From assembly GCA_963668355.1 (NCBI GenBank), contig OY764265.1, positions 736,001 through 800,000 on the forward strand: a stretch of DNA of 64,000 nt. The letters are read 5' to 3'. This DNA is from Bdellovibrionota bacterium (GTDB lineage: Bacteria > Bdellovibrionota_G > JALEGL01 > DATDPG01). This document shows positions 20,450-30,661 of the stretch, piece by piece. The notes beneath the pieces are model-generated. The model ran no database searches. It was not told where the DNA came from and saw nothing but the letters and a program-made list of their open reading frames with translations. Each line of letters opens with the position of its first letter. Position 1 is the first letter of the stretch. The position numbers and the translations under genes were made by a program.

Positions 20450-21394
20450 TTAAGTATCGAGGTCGGTACAGAGGATTTCTTCGGAATTAATGTAGGTGAT
20501 ACAGCGATGTTTGCCATCTTCTGACGTTACTTCAAAGCCACCCTCTTCTGGCAAAACGGAAACGCCGACAAACTGATCATCGACCCATATTTGTTGCTGA
20601 TCGAATTCCTGAAAGAGCTCGTTATTGGGTATGGATTGAGGCGAGGAATTCATTTGAGAAGCTAGTACGAACGTCAAGGAAGCTGCTGCCGTAGCGGCAG
20701 ACGGCGTTATGGCCAACGAGCCTCCTCCTGTCGGAAGAGCGGCGACGACACCGATGGCGACAATCGCGACAACCGTTGCGGCCACAGCCAATTTCGTTAA
20801 AAGCGGTGTTCCTTTAGGTTGATCGGAATCAAAACCCTTTGAAAGAGAGACAATGCTTTGGTCTCGAAATGCATAGGAGGAATGGATGTCTGGTTTTGGG
20901 GGAGTAATTTGACGGGGTGCTGGAACCGGAGATCGGCCCATTACCTGATCCCAATTTCGAACAATCTGTTCATATTCCTCACCACAATCCCGATCATTAA
21001 AATCATGGGGATGTTTCTGCTTTAAAGGATAGGGTATTTTTTCAGCGCCTTGAAGAGTGAGAACGTCTCCGTTTCGCCAAATTTGAATATCATTGATCAC
21101 TCCATCCATGACGCTCACATACTGTTCTTCACTGATGTATTCGCCACAGGAGAACAGGACCGTGAACCAACGGGCCATCTTGTCTCTAAAATAGCTGAAG
21201 TCCAGCGTTCCCTTTGCGGGATTTTCATCCCCATCAATGCAACGACTCCAAAAATCATTGAGGTCCCGACACATTAAATCGAGTGGATCCTTTGGAGTCA
21301 TGGCTTGGGCCTGGACTCTAAGGGGGACCATGCAAAGCAAAAACGCGCCAATGACAAAAAACTGGAGACACATCCTGCGAGACTTCTTAAACAT
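20450..21394 (-). CDS. Hypothetical exported protein with an internal hydrophobic hairpin
   Basis: 314-aa ORF, signal peptide ending AQA, segment LAVAATVVAIVAIGVVAALPTGGGSLA. Confidence 0.65.
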   Translation of the reverse strand: MFKKSRRMCLQFFVIGAFLLCMVPLRVQAQAMTPKDPLDLMCRDLNDFWSRCIDGDENPAKGTLDFSYFRDKMARWFTVLFSCGEYISEEQYVSVMDGVINDIQIWRNGDVLTLQGAEKIPYPLKQKHPHDFNDRDCGEEYEQIVRNWDQVMGRSPVPAPRQITPPKPDIHSSYAFRDQSIVSLSKGFDSDQPKGTPLLTKLAVAATVVAIVAIGVVAALPTGGGSLAITPSAATAAASLTFVLASQMNSSPQSIPNNELFQEFDQQQIWVDDQFVGVSVLPEEGGFEVTSEDGKHRCITYINSEEILCTDLDT

Positions 21395-21483
21395 AAGCGC
21401 GGTCCTCTACGCGCTTGGCCGTTGAGAGTCAATCCCCTAGATCTATTTTTTGAGATGCACTCTTTAAGAGCCGACCAAATTCC

Positions 21484-22032
21484 ATGGACCTAGGGAGCCG
21501 TGGCACACAACTTACCCCTGAATTAAGGGATGTGTCGTCAAAGTTTTGTGGTTATACTTTTTTCGTGGACACCCTTCCCCATAAATTTATTGATGCGCTA
21601 AAAACTGGGCAGGTCATCCATACTCAATTGGGTCTTTTTTACACAGAGATTCTTGCGAGAGAAAAAGCTTTGAATCAACCCTCCAGGGCGATGACTCCAA
21701 CCTCCGGCCAGATTATACCTGGATTTTTACCCTCCGATTCATTTTCTCAAACGGTCCTGCACAAAAATTTTCTTTCTCAACTTGAAATTTGGTCCCAAAT
21801 CTTTTCGAAAAAGACTTTGCCTCTCCCGAACCCAACCGTAAACATTGAAATTGATCAAAATCGTTTCATTTCGATTCAGAACAGCCTTAGAGATGACGGA
21901 ACAACATGCTTAGACGAATACGGCACGCTTGATCTAGAAGAGTTCCCAAGGGGGAACACGACGCATAATCTTTGGATGATTTCCTTTTCCCCTTCCGACC
22001 GATTGCGTGGGATACTAAATCCTTCCGGCTAA
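21484..22032 (+). CDS. Hypothetical protein
   Basis: 182-aa ORF filling the gap; no recognisable motif, start uncertain. Confidence 0.4.
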   Translation: MDLGSRGTQLTPELRDVSSKFCGYTFFVDTLPHKFIDALKTGQVIHTQLGLFYTEILAREKALNQPSRAMTPTSGQIIPGFLPSDSFSQTVLHKNFLSQLEIWSQIFSKKTLPLPNPTVNIEIDQNRFISIQNSLRDDGTTCLDEYGTLDLEEFPRGNTTHNLWMISFSPSDRLRGILNPSG

Positions 22033-22135
22033 TTCCAAAGACACGGCATCTACTTGCGCCGTGAACCATTGAAATCAGAATTCCGTCGGCTGTCCCCCAA
22101 TTTTCGTCGATTTATAGGTCGATGTTTCGTGTGTT

Positions 22136-22798
22136 TTAGAAGCCTTCTGTCACAACCGATTGAATGAAACCGTGCTTGTTGGCAAAGTCGAAGATTTCGG
22201 CGGTGTGAACATTGGGCCCGTCATCGCGCAAGGGCGTCCACGAATCGAAAATCCAGATTCGACCATCTGAGATTCTCCTTAGAGGGGTTCCTACGTGGGA
22301 AATGGGATTCCCGTGACTGGCTCCAGCCAAGGCAAAATATTCCAAGAGACCCTCACATTCCAGAAACTCGAAAAACCCATGAAGATTCCTTGCATGAATC
22401 ACACAATTGGCACCCGTGGCTCCAAAACAGAGCTTTACGTTCCCCCATCTCCCGGTTGAAAGCTTGCTTAGAAAAGTGTTTTGTTTGTAGATCACAAAGG
22501 CCCTTCTTATAACCAGAAGCTCTGCCCTTTCTTCGATAGGCATCGTAAAGATGCTGGCTTGTAAATGGCCATGGGCGGATTCACCGAGTTTGTCTTTTTC
22601 TTCTAAACTTAAATCGAATACGTCGAGGATACGATTTTTTAGCTCCCTTGACAGTTCAACTTGATGGCTTTGGCTTCGAAACCCTTTTTCGTAATAAATT
22701 CGCAAAGAATCTTCACATTCATCTTGAGCTCGGGCATACGATGAACACAAAGCAAGCACAATGGCCGCGAAAAAGATGAAATATGGACCGCGATTCAT
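22136..22798 (-). CDS. Hypothetical exported protein, possible papain-like Cys-His-Asp fold
   Basis: Signal peptide; GANC, SHVG and IWIFDSW in that order. Confidence 0.55.
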   Translation of the reverse strand: MNRGPYFIFFAAIVLALCSSYARAQDECEDSLRIYYEKGFRSQSHQVELSRELKNRILDVFDLSLEEKDKLGESAHGHLQASIFTMPIEERAELLVIRRAFVIYKQNTFLSKLSTGRWGNVKLCFGATGANCVIHARNLHGFFEFLECEGLLEYFALAGASHGNPISHVGTPLRRISDGRIWIFDSWTPLRDDGPNVHTAEIFDFANKHGFIQSVVTEGF

Positions 22799-22933
22799 TA
22801 TTTCCCCCAAAACAACCTTCGCATATCAGCTTTATTTCGTCGGCGCAACGGGCCACTGTTTTTTCCGATCTCTGTTATAGAGAGCAAACATGTTTCTAGG
22901 AAGCCTTATACCCAACCCCTACACCTGTGGTAT

Positions 22934-23707
22934 TTAGTCAGGACTAAAAAAGAAGCTTAAAAACAACCACCCGCGGTCTCTTTTTACGAGCATGCATGAG
23001 GACATCCAATCCTTTTTTAACCACATCTTTCTTTCCGGATCAGACTGCTCATATACAGGCGGAAGATTAATGCACGATCGAACCTGTTTCTGAAACTTCT
23101 CGGAAGAGGCTTTCTCGGCGAGATTCAACGGCACGGAGTTAATGGAAAACTTGGCGTCAAAAAAAGAAGGAAGACACGCGGACGGATTCGAAGAGTTCAG
23201 ACAAGTGCGCACGGTTTCTTTAAACTCAGCGATCACGTTTTTGAATTTCGCGGCCTTACGGTCTCGCTTTTCCTTAGACGGGAGAAATCTATATTTTACT
23301 TCTCTAATTTTTGATAAATCGAAATAGAGGTCTTGTTGATGGACTCGTGTATGGATGATTCCATCGCTTGCTTCCAGATGCCGGATGTACACTTCGCCCG
23401 AGTGCGCATCGATGACTAACGCATCGCCGACACGACAAGGAATCGCCTTATGTTTTGAATCTTGGGTACAAAGTTGATCACCATTCAACGTCAAACTTCG
23501 TTTTGAGTCGAACGCTCCAACAATGGTCGACAGGGAAGGGTCCTTAAAAAAGAGTATTTTTTGTGTGTCTGAAATTACGACATAGTCGTTTGAATAGGGC
23601 AAGTGCAGGTCAGGACTTTCAGGCCCAGCTTGAACCCGCAACGATATAAGACACCAGGAAAAAAGAAAAATGGAAAGCAATGTGTAAGGTCGGGAGAACG
23701 ACGACAT
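22934..23707 (-). CDS. Hypothetical exported protein
   Basis: 257-aa ORF with a signal peptide ending VQA. Confidence 0.6.
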   Translation of the reverse strand: MSSFSRPYTLLSIFLFSWCLISLRVQAGPESPDLHLPYSNDYVVISDTQKILFFKDPSLSTIVGAFDSKRSLTLNGDQLCTQDSKHKAIPCRVGDALVIDAHSGEVYIRHLEASDGIIHTRVHQQDLYFDLSKIREVKYRFLPSKEKRDRKAAKFKNVIAEFKETVRTCLNSSNPSACLPSFFDAKFSINSVPLNLAEKASSEKFQKQVRSCINLPPVYEQSDPERKMWLKKDWMSSCMLVKRDRGWLFLSFFFSPD

Positions 23708-24023
23708 CTGTTTAATAATTTAGCAGAATCTGATCAAGACCAACAAATTTAAAGGAAGGTGTAAACTCAAACCTCCTTCACTCCAAATAATGACGAGTTA
23801 AGCGACACCCAAAACGGTTAACGTTTTGCATGCTTTTTTTGGGGCTCAATCAACCGAACCCTAACTTCTTTATCTCTATTTCCTTGAGGAAAAATCAGAT
23901 GGCTCACACCTTATTGGGCTAATAATGGAGCGATCCGGGTATGCTCGAAACGGTCATTTAATTTCGAATGGTTGGGATTCTCGAGTTTTTTTCTGTCCCG
24001 GAATCGAGGTAAAATCGTTTCAC

Positions 24024-25409
24024 ATGCGATTATTATTATCATTCCTTATCATCGTGGCCCCTGGAATTTCTTTCTCTGCACCTGCAATCGACACGGTATC
24101 GAATTCCACGGTGGCTCATGGTGGAACTTACACCATCACAGGAAGTGATTTTGGATCTAAGTCCAATGCGGCACCGTTGAAATTTGAAGACTTCGAAAAC
24201 GGTGTAAATGGGGCAGAACTCGATTCAACGGGTTATTGGAGCATCGACTCCAATAACGCGTCTTGGGGAAAACCTCTTCCGATCTTTTCAAATGAAAACA
24301 ACCGCCAGAACTCAAGCCTGAACGCACGAATGTATTTAACGGGACTCATAGATGCGGCTTATCGGAATGATATTCCTTTTGGCAGTCACTTCTATTTTAG
24401 TTTTTGGGTGAATTTCAGCATGGGGATTACGTGTACGGGCTTTACTCAAAGACAATTGAAACTTTGGACACTGACCAAAAACTATCCTAACCCGGAAAAC
24501 CAAGGTGGGAACTGCATCATTACGGCTCTTTTAGATGCGAATTGGGTGTACGAGGAAGAAACCCATCGTAATCATTACATTCAGCCATATTGTGCAAGTC
24601 ATCCCAGCATGTATTTTGAACAATACACCGACCACACGTGGACACATGTACAAGTTGAGGTTCAGCAATCGGATATTGGAGTGGACAACGGTGTTTTAAG
24701 AGTGTGGATGAACGGAAAGCTCGTTGAAGAAAGTACAGATGTTCCTTTTCGAGATACGGCGGATGACTCCTTCTCGTCATTTAAGTTTGGTTGGTACCAA
24801 GGCAACATCGAACAATCGGATGACTACCCCGCTGATACACCCTCAGCAGTCGCAATCGAATATTTCGATGATATCTATTTTGACGACACGATTTCTCGAA
24901 TCCTTCTTTGTGACAATTCTTCTTGGTCAAGCATTGTGTCCGAGGGGGCTCATTGCGAAAACCAGATACCAACCTCGTGGAGCGATACGAGCCTTGGCTT
25001 CAGACTCAACCAAGGGGGACTTGCCAATAATTCAAATGCCTATGTGTTTGTGGTGAATGCAAGTAATGAGGTGAATGAAGCGGGAAGACTTGTTCATATC
25101 GCGGCTGACAGCGCTCAGCATGCATCTACCCCTGACGGTGCCTCCGCACGGACGGAAATCTATAACACCTTCTGTCCGGAAGGGTGGAGCCCATCTGGTC
25201 AGGCCCTAGATACTGAAGGAAATCTTGTGGATGAATCGTCTTCGGAAGAAGGCGGAGTTGAGTCCTCCCCTGGAGCAGAAGGCGATCTTGAAACTGAATC
25301 AGGAGAAGTGTCTAGTAGCTGTCAATCAAGCCATGTTCCTTATTGGCTTTTTTTCGTACTCTTCTGGTGGATCGCTAGAATCCCCCAAAAACACCGCTCC
25401 TTCGGCTAA
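24024..25409 (+). CDS. Exported beta-rich protein with a C-terminal Cys-TM-basic (MYXO-CTERM-like) tail
   Basis: Signal peptide; paralog of 16518-17672; acidic linker then SSCQSSHVPYWLFFVLFWWIARIPQKHR. Confidence 0.75.
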   Translation: MRLLLSFLIIVAPGISFSAPAIDTVSNSTVAHGGTYTITGSDFGSKSNAAPLKFEDFENGVNGAELDSTGYWSIDSNNASWGKPLPIFSNENNRQNSSLNARMYLTGLIDAAYRNDIPFGSHFYFSFWVNFSMGITCTGFTQRQLKLWTLTKNYPNPENQGGNCIITALLDANWVYEEETHRNHYIQPYCASHPSMYFEQYTDHTWTHVQVEVQQSDIGVDNGVLRVWMNGKLVEESTDVPFRDTADDSFSSFKFGWYQGNIEQSDDYPADTPSAVAIEYFDDIYFDDTISRILLCDNSSWSSIVSEGAHCENQIPTSWSDTSLGFRLNQGGLANNSNAYVFVVNASNEVNEAGRLVHIAADSAQHASTPDGASARTEIYNTFCPEGWSPSGQALDTEGNLVDESSSEEGGVESSPGAEGDLETESGEVSSSCQSSHVPYWLFFVLFWWIARIPQKHRSFG

Positions 25410-25571
25410 GAGCCATGGCAAGGCCTTGAATCCAATCGAGGGATGATCAACACAACCCCTTGATTTAGTTTGAAAAATTCACCTTCGATTGGAAACCTTA
25501 AGAAATTGAGCTTTCGTCTTGCGAAAAAAGACGCATAGCGTTATACGAGATCCTCACGTGAAAGGTTGGGC

Positions 25572-26783
25572 ATGAAACATAAATATCGATTCCTTCTCCT
25601 GCTCATTGGCTTATCGGCACCCTTGTTTTTTCAATCTTGGGCTCACGCCTATCGGGGGTCGGCTTTTTCCGGCTACTCTCATGGTCCCGGATATCCCTAC
25701 CGAGCAACCATCAACGCTTCTGAATTAGAGTCCGTTGCCAGCTTCGAGCATTTGGTGGGAAGTCCCTCTTCCGTATATGAGACATGGTTGCAAGCTCAGC
25801 AAAGGGAAATCGATGAGGCGTTAGCCTCCTTACCCCCAAGAACAGAAACTGGATTATTGGAACTTTTTAATGAAGATTTCTTCCAATTAAGTCAGCATGG
25901 GTGCGGTTATGTGAAAGGAGATGATGCCGTCATTTCCAATCAAGGTTCTCGGTATGCTCCTATATTGACCATTCCTTGTCCCATCGTTTTTATGACCTAT
26001 TCCGCAAAAAGCATTGGCGAGAACATCAAAGCTTTTTGGCAGGAGCTTGGGCATACGGTGTTTGGTCAAACGCCTGGACCTATTGCCTATGATTATGAAG
26101 TCTTAGTGATCCCGTCTAACGTCCTATTCCGTTATTTGGTCCAACTTGAGGAAAGACTCAAAACCACGAGAGCCATAAAGAAGTTCGTGGATGCTGAGGA
26201 TTACGATCTAAAAAGAAAGAAAATTGTGGTTCAGGGGACACCACGCAATCGTGCGGGAGGGGATCTCGTCGTTTGGGGCGAGCCCTACACCATCTTGCTG
26301 GGATATGGCACCGCTGCCTATTTTCTCGACGATCTCGATCAAACGGATCGAAAGAGCTACCTCTTTCTCTGGAAGACATTGCTTGAGAAATTTCATGCTT
26401 CAAAAAAGATGGACAGCGACCAGGTCGTAAGTGTCAAGGTAGATCGATTCATTGATCGATTCTATCTGGACGCTAGTTTGTCACTACCAAGTCGACTGGC
26501 CTTCTTCGAGACTCGCCTGTTTCCCCTTCAAGACGAACTCTTTGCATCAAGTACAAGTTCCATAGCCAATATGGACCGGGTGAAAATGGCATCAGCAATG
26601 ACCGCTCGCAACCTGTGCAAGTTCTTTGCTGTAGCCGAGAAATTGGATCTGCCCGTTTTATTGAATGATGTACACACCGAAGCATTGGCCATAGAGGTAC
26701 AAAGCCTCGTCGATCAAATTCAAGAATTCAATTGGTGTGGCACAAACGAAATAGACATGGTGACAACGAACACCACATTCTAG
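25572..26783 (+). CDS. Hypothetical exported protein
   Basis: Long ORF with a signal peptide ending AHA. Confidence 0.65.
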   Translation: MKHKYRFLLLLIGLSAPLFFQSWAHAYRGSAFSGYSHGPGYPYRATINASELESVASFEHLVGSPSSVYETWLQAQQREIDEALASLPPRTETGLLELFNEDFFQLSQHGCGYVKGDDAVISNQGSRYAPILTIPCPIVFMTYSAKSIGENIKAFWQELGHTVFGQTPGPIAYDYEVLVIPSNVLFRYLVQLEERLKTTRAIKKFVDAEDYDLKRKKIVVQGTPRNRAGGDLVVWGEPYTILLGYGTAAYFLDDLDQTDRKSYLFLWKTLLEKFHASKKMDSDQVVSVKVDRFIDRFYLDASLSLPSRLAFFETRLFPLQDELFASSTSSIANMDRVKMASAMTARNLCKFFAVAEKLDLPVLLNDVHTEALAIEVQSLVDQIQEFNWCGTNEIDMVTTNTTF

Positions 26784-27107
26784 AAATCGTATCTAAAGAG
26801 TCCGTCGTTCTTGCTAAGGATCTTTTCTGAGGCACTCACAAAAACGACTCACAGCTGCGCAACTTTTTGCACATTTTGCAACTTTTGGTTTGTTTTTCCT
26901 ATTTTTTAAGTTCTCGTAATTAAAGGACTTTGACCACATTCCCTTAAGAACGTGAAATAAGTTGGAATTTTCTCGCTCGATTTCGCCCCCGCTTGTTTTA
27001 TCGCTTATTTTCCGCTGTAATAACAAGGTGTTATAATGCGAAAAACGGCATTACTTTTGAATGACATTTACGCGAGTCTTACGACAAAACTCAACTAGGG
27101 GTCCATT

Positions 27108-28349
27108 ATGACAAAACATACAAGCATTCATTGGCTTCTCGGATCGTTCCTGGCGCTGTTTTTGGTGTCCGGATGTTCCAGTGACTTTCAACACAATCCT
27201 TTTGCCTTTGGAGAAGATGATTTTCTGGAAAATCCCAACGTGGATTTTGCCGGAACCCCATCCACTCCTGACCCTGTGACGATTGATCCAGACCCCCTCG
27301 TCACTCCACCTCCAACCCCAACCCCTCCTTCCGGCTCAACCATTGAGTCCTGGGAAGATTCGTTCACTCAAGACACCAATGATGCTGTGGATATGGTGTG
27401 GATCGTGGACGACTCTGGAAGCATGAGCAACGAACAAGCCCTCCTGGCCGCAGAAGCCTCTGCGTACACCACGGCTTTGGAAAATTCCGCCGTAGATTTT
27501 CGAACCATCGTCATCACGACCAAAGCTTCCACAGACAGTAAATTGCAAAGCTTATGCGATGAAGTCTTGGGAGACACCGACGGCATCATCACCAACTCCA
27601 CCAGCAGCTATTTCGCCGAATGCATCGGTGAGGTAGGTGCCAATGGCGGCGGAGAAGAAGGAATGGAAGCCCTTCGCAGAGCACTCGACCCCGACTATGC
27701 GAATGGCCCGATGAATCCGAATTTCCTCCGCGAAGGTGTTCCCTTGCATGCGGTTTTTGTTTCCGACGAAGAAGACGGACCCGGACCTGTCGTCGGTGAA
27801 GTCTATGGATCCACCACCGTCACACAATCACTGATTGATCAGTTGCTCGCCGAAGAAACACCGAACCTGATAGACCATGGCCGAGGAAATGATGGTCGGG
27901 AAGCCTACTTCCCTCTCATCGACACACATAAATCTTTCTTTGAGGAATTAAAAGGAGATGCCTCTCTGTTTACGGCACATGCCATTGTGTTTGAGTACTT
28001 ACATAGTGACGCCAACAGCTCGGACACATGTCATCGGCAAGATTCCACAGAAGAGGTGGGTGAACGATACATCACGCTGGCACATGAGACGGGCGGAACC
28101 GTGGCCGATTTATGCAGCGACTGGGGAACCACGCTCGGAGAGATTGGCCTGGAAGCCAGCGGCATTCACCGCTGTTTCCAACTCACATATGAGCCCTATG
28201 ATGTTAGCGGAATTGACGTCACGGTGGACGGAGAAACGCCTGAAGCGGGAAGCGTCTCCTACCAATCCGCAGGCAATAAGATTTGCTTTTCGGAACCACC
28301 AGATGTCGGCTCGGAAATTGTAGTGAACTACGACTATTTGGTTGATTAA
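27108..28349 (+). CDS. VWA-domain lipoprotein
   Basis: Lipobox VSGC, Pro/Thr linker, MIDAS VDMVWIVDDSGSM, NFLREGVPLHAVFVSDEED. Confidence 0.85.
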   Translation: MTKHTSIHWLLGSFLALFLVSGCSSDFQHNPFAFGEDDFLENPNVDFAGTPSTPDPVTIDPDPLVTPPPTPTPPSGSTIESWEDSFTQDTNDAVDMVWIVDDSGSMSNEQALLAAEASAYTTALENSAVDFRTIVITTKASTDSKLQSLCDEVLGDTDGIITNSTSSYFAECIGEVGANGGGEEGMEALRRALDPDYANGPMNPNFLREGVPLHAVFVSDEEDGPGPVVGEVYGSTTVTQSLIDQLLAEETPNLIDHGRGNDGREAYFPLIDTHKSFFEELKGDASLFTAHAIVFEYLHSDANSSDTCHRQDSTEEVGERYITLAHETGGTVADLCSDWGTTLGEIGLEASGIHRCFQLTYEPYDVSGIDVTVDGETPEAGSVSYQSAGNKICFSEPPDVGSEIVVNYDYLVD

Positions 28350-28421
28350 ACCAACGATGAGTGTTGGCGAGTATTTTTCCTCCTGAAAACGTCACCGGGG
28401 TTCTTGGAGCCCCGGTTGTCT

Positions 28422-29018
28422 TCAGTTTTTTCGTTTTCGCCCAACCACGAGCGTGAGATAGCCGACGGCAGGGCTTTCTTCCACGACGTTTTCAAAATAC
28501 AACTCAAGCTCACTTTTGAAATCGCGTTTTCGAAACACACGAAAACTCCGAAACCATTTATCAAAAACCGGATCGAGAAAATTCAAAGGCCCTTTCAAGG
28601 GGGAAAAATCAAGAATCACCAAATTCCCTCCTGGCTCGATCAAGGAACTCATTTGTTTCAGTGCCTGACGCCAGTCGTTCACAAGTGAAAGAGCGTAAGT
28701 ACACAACGCTTTATCGAATTTCTCTTCCAAGGATATGGCCTCAAGATCCCCTCGAACCCATCGCACATGGGGATATTTTTTTCGAGCCACTTTGAGCATG
28801 GATTCTGAGAAATCCATTCCAGTTAAAGAAATCTCTGGGTATTGGGAGAGAAGTTTGGCATTCATCCCCGTTCCGCAGCCGAAATCGGCCACTCGATCTT
28901 GAGGCCTCACCCCAAGAAGGGAAACCGCTCGCTTTCTTTTAAAAAGAAAAAATCGCCGAGTCACATCATAAAAAGGAGCATGAAGCCGATAAAATCTTTC
29001 GACCTTCCTTTGAGACAT
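28422..29018 (-). CDS. Class I SAM-dependent methyltransferase (BtaB/PmtA-like)
   Basis: DFGCGTG, GMDFSESML, N-terminal FYDVTRRFFLF. Confidence 0.85.
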   Translation of the reverse strand: MSQRKVERFYRLHAPFYDVTRRFFLFKRKRAVSLLGVRPQDRVADFGCGTGMNAKLLSQYPEISLTGMDFSESMLKVARKKYPHVRWVRGDLEAISLEEKFDKALCTYALSLVNDWRQALKQMSSLIEPGGNLVILDFSPLKGPLNFLDPVFDKWFRSFRVFRKRDFKSELELYFENVVEESPAVGYLTLVVGRKRKN

Positions 29019-29299
29019 AATTCTTTAATATCAAACCTTTCCACCTAAATTCTTAAAAAATGGAACGTGTCACTCTAAAAACACGGATTTCTTGGCCTTT
29101 CACTGGGCTGGAGAACCTTAAGCGAGACAGGACAAGTTTTCCCCAAACCGACATTTCTTTATTTTGGGGCAAATATTTCTCACGCATAGCGTATTTATTT
29201 ATTTCTTTTTGGCGACGTATAATAGGGGTTGCGGCTTGCCTCAGCCTTAACGAAAGACGCAGCAAACACATATCAAACTGATCGATTCAGGGAGGATTC

Positions 29300-30607
29300 A
29301 TGAAACCAACCATACGTTTGGCGTTTGTCATTTTTGTCACGAGCGTGTTCTTCATTCACTGCAGCAGCTCCTCGGAAAACGGAGTTCCAGCTCTCAACAA
29401 CGTGAGTGATCTTCCCAGCCTGAATGCCGCAGACTATGATTACAGCATCACGAGTTCTGCTAGCGCAGTAGAAGGGCTCACGCTCCGAAGCCAACAAAAC
29501 TCCGGAAATGCTTTTTCCCGAGCCGCCTGCGAGGCCTATCAATTCAAGAGAGAAATGTTTCGGAATGCCGCCCAGGTGGAGAGCTTTCGATGTTACATCG
29601 GAAATTTAGAACAAGAATTCGATAACCTTTCCGTTCCGATCGATGCGTGGGGATTTTACGAAATTCATTTCCCCACAATTGCAGAAGAGGAAAATGGCCC
29701 TCCCCCTGTGGTCCGCATACGTGTTGGAAAGAGAAATGGCGAACTCGGCATGGACGTTTGCCAAGCGGATGGTGAAGACAATGCCTATATCCAGTCGGTC
29801 CAATTTCGATTCTCGGCATCTGAAGAAGGATATAGTGGTTTTGCCATCAATCGATATGCCTTTAATCGCGAGGGTGAAACCTTCCTAGGAAGCTCCCGTG
29901 AAGACATCTCCATCGTAGGAACCAGCAGAGATGATTTCACTTCGGCCGAATTCCTTTCTTCGAATCAAGATTCCAATGGAGACAATGACAACTGGCAACA
30001 ACGAGCCACGTTTACGGCCACTCACGAAACGCAAACCAATACCCTTTCCGGAGTCAATAGCAGCCAGAGCCCTCAATGGGGAAATCACCAAAGCCGAATG
30101 TATGGGCAGTGGGGGGAAGACCTTGTGGGAAGTGTGCAATATGAAACCACAGGTCAACATCCAGCGCCAACCAGGCAAGATTGTTTGGAGTGGTGGACAC
30201 CTCCCCCAGGAGAAGAGGATGCGTATCTCGAAAATTGTGTGAACATTTGCTACGACGAAGAAGGCAACTCCAGCGCGGCGGATGAAAACGATATGTGTAC
30301 CTTTACGGATGATGGAACGGAGTCCTTTGACATCAATAACGAGGCCGAGCCTCCTGTCTTCAGCCTCATCTCCGACGCTAGCAGTTCTTACTTTGAGAGC
30401 GTTTTGGATGCTTCCCTTCCTCAACTGGGAGATCTTGATGCTCAAACTGCGTTTACGGAAACTTGGGATTGTCAGCCGGATGATGAATTCATCGTAATCG
30501 ATGCTACCGAGTCCCGAGTGATTTCAGAGTGCGAAGTGTATGAAGAATTGGATTGGGACCTCTGCTGGAGACAAGAGGAAGAAGCTCGACAAGAAGAACA
30601 AGAGTAA
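29300..30607 (+). CDS. Hypothetical acidic lipoprotein
   Basis: RBS GGAGG; hydrophobic leader ending in Cys (FFIHC-SSSS). Confidence 0.7.
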   Translation: MKPTIRLAFVIFVTSVFFIHCSSSSENGVPALNNVSDLPSLNAADYDYSITSSASAVEGLTLRSQQNSGNAFSRAACEAYQFKREMFRNAAQVESFRCYIGNLEQEFDNLSVPIDAWGFYEIHFPTIAEEENGPPPVVRIRVGKRNGELGMDVCQADGEDNAYIQSVQFRFSASEEGYSGFAINRYAFNREGETFLGSSREDISIVGTSRDDFTSAEFLSSNQDSNGDNDNWQQRATFTATHETQTNTLSGVNSSQSPQWGNHQSRMYGQWGEDLVGSVQYETTGQHPAPTRQDCLEWWTPPPGEEDAYLENCVNICYDEEGNSSAADENDMCTFTDDGTESFDINNEAEPPVFSLISDASSSYFESVLDASLPQLGDLDAQTAFTETWDCQPDDEFIVIDATESRVISECEVYEELDWDLCWRQEEEARQEEQE

Positions 30608-30661
30608 TCTGAAATATTTCAAGATTGCCTAGTCGAGGTTCATAAGGAATAGTATTCCTAT

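Noticed and set aside
21500..21515. Sigma54-like TGGCAC words here and near 5730
   Set aside because: The -12 TTGC element is mismatched in both.
26859..26886. Three short tandem GCA(A/C)..TTTT repeats upstream of the VWA lipoprotein
   Set aside because: Too short and AT-rich to distinguish from chance.
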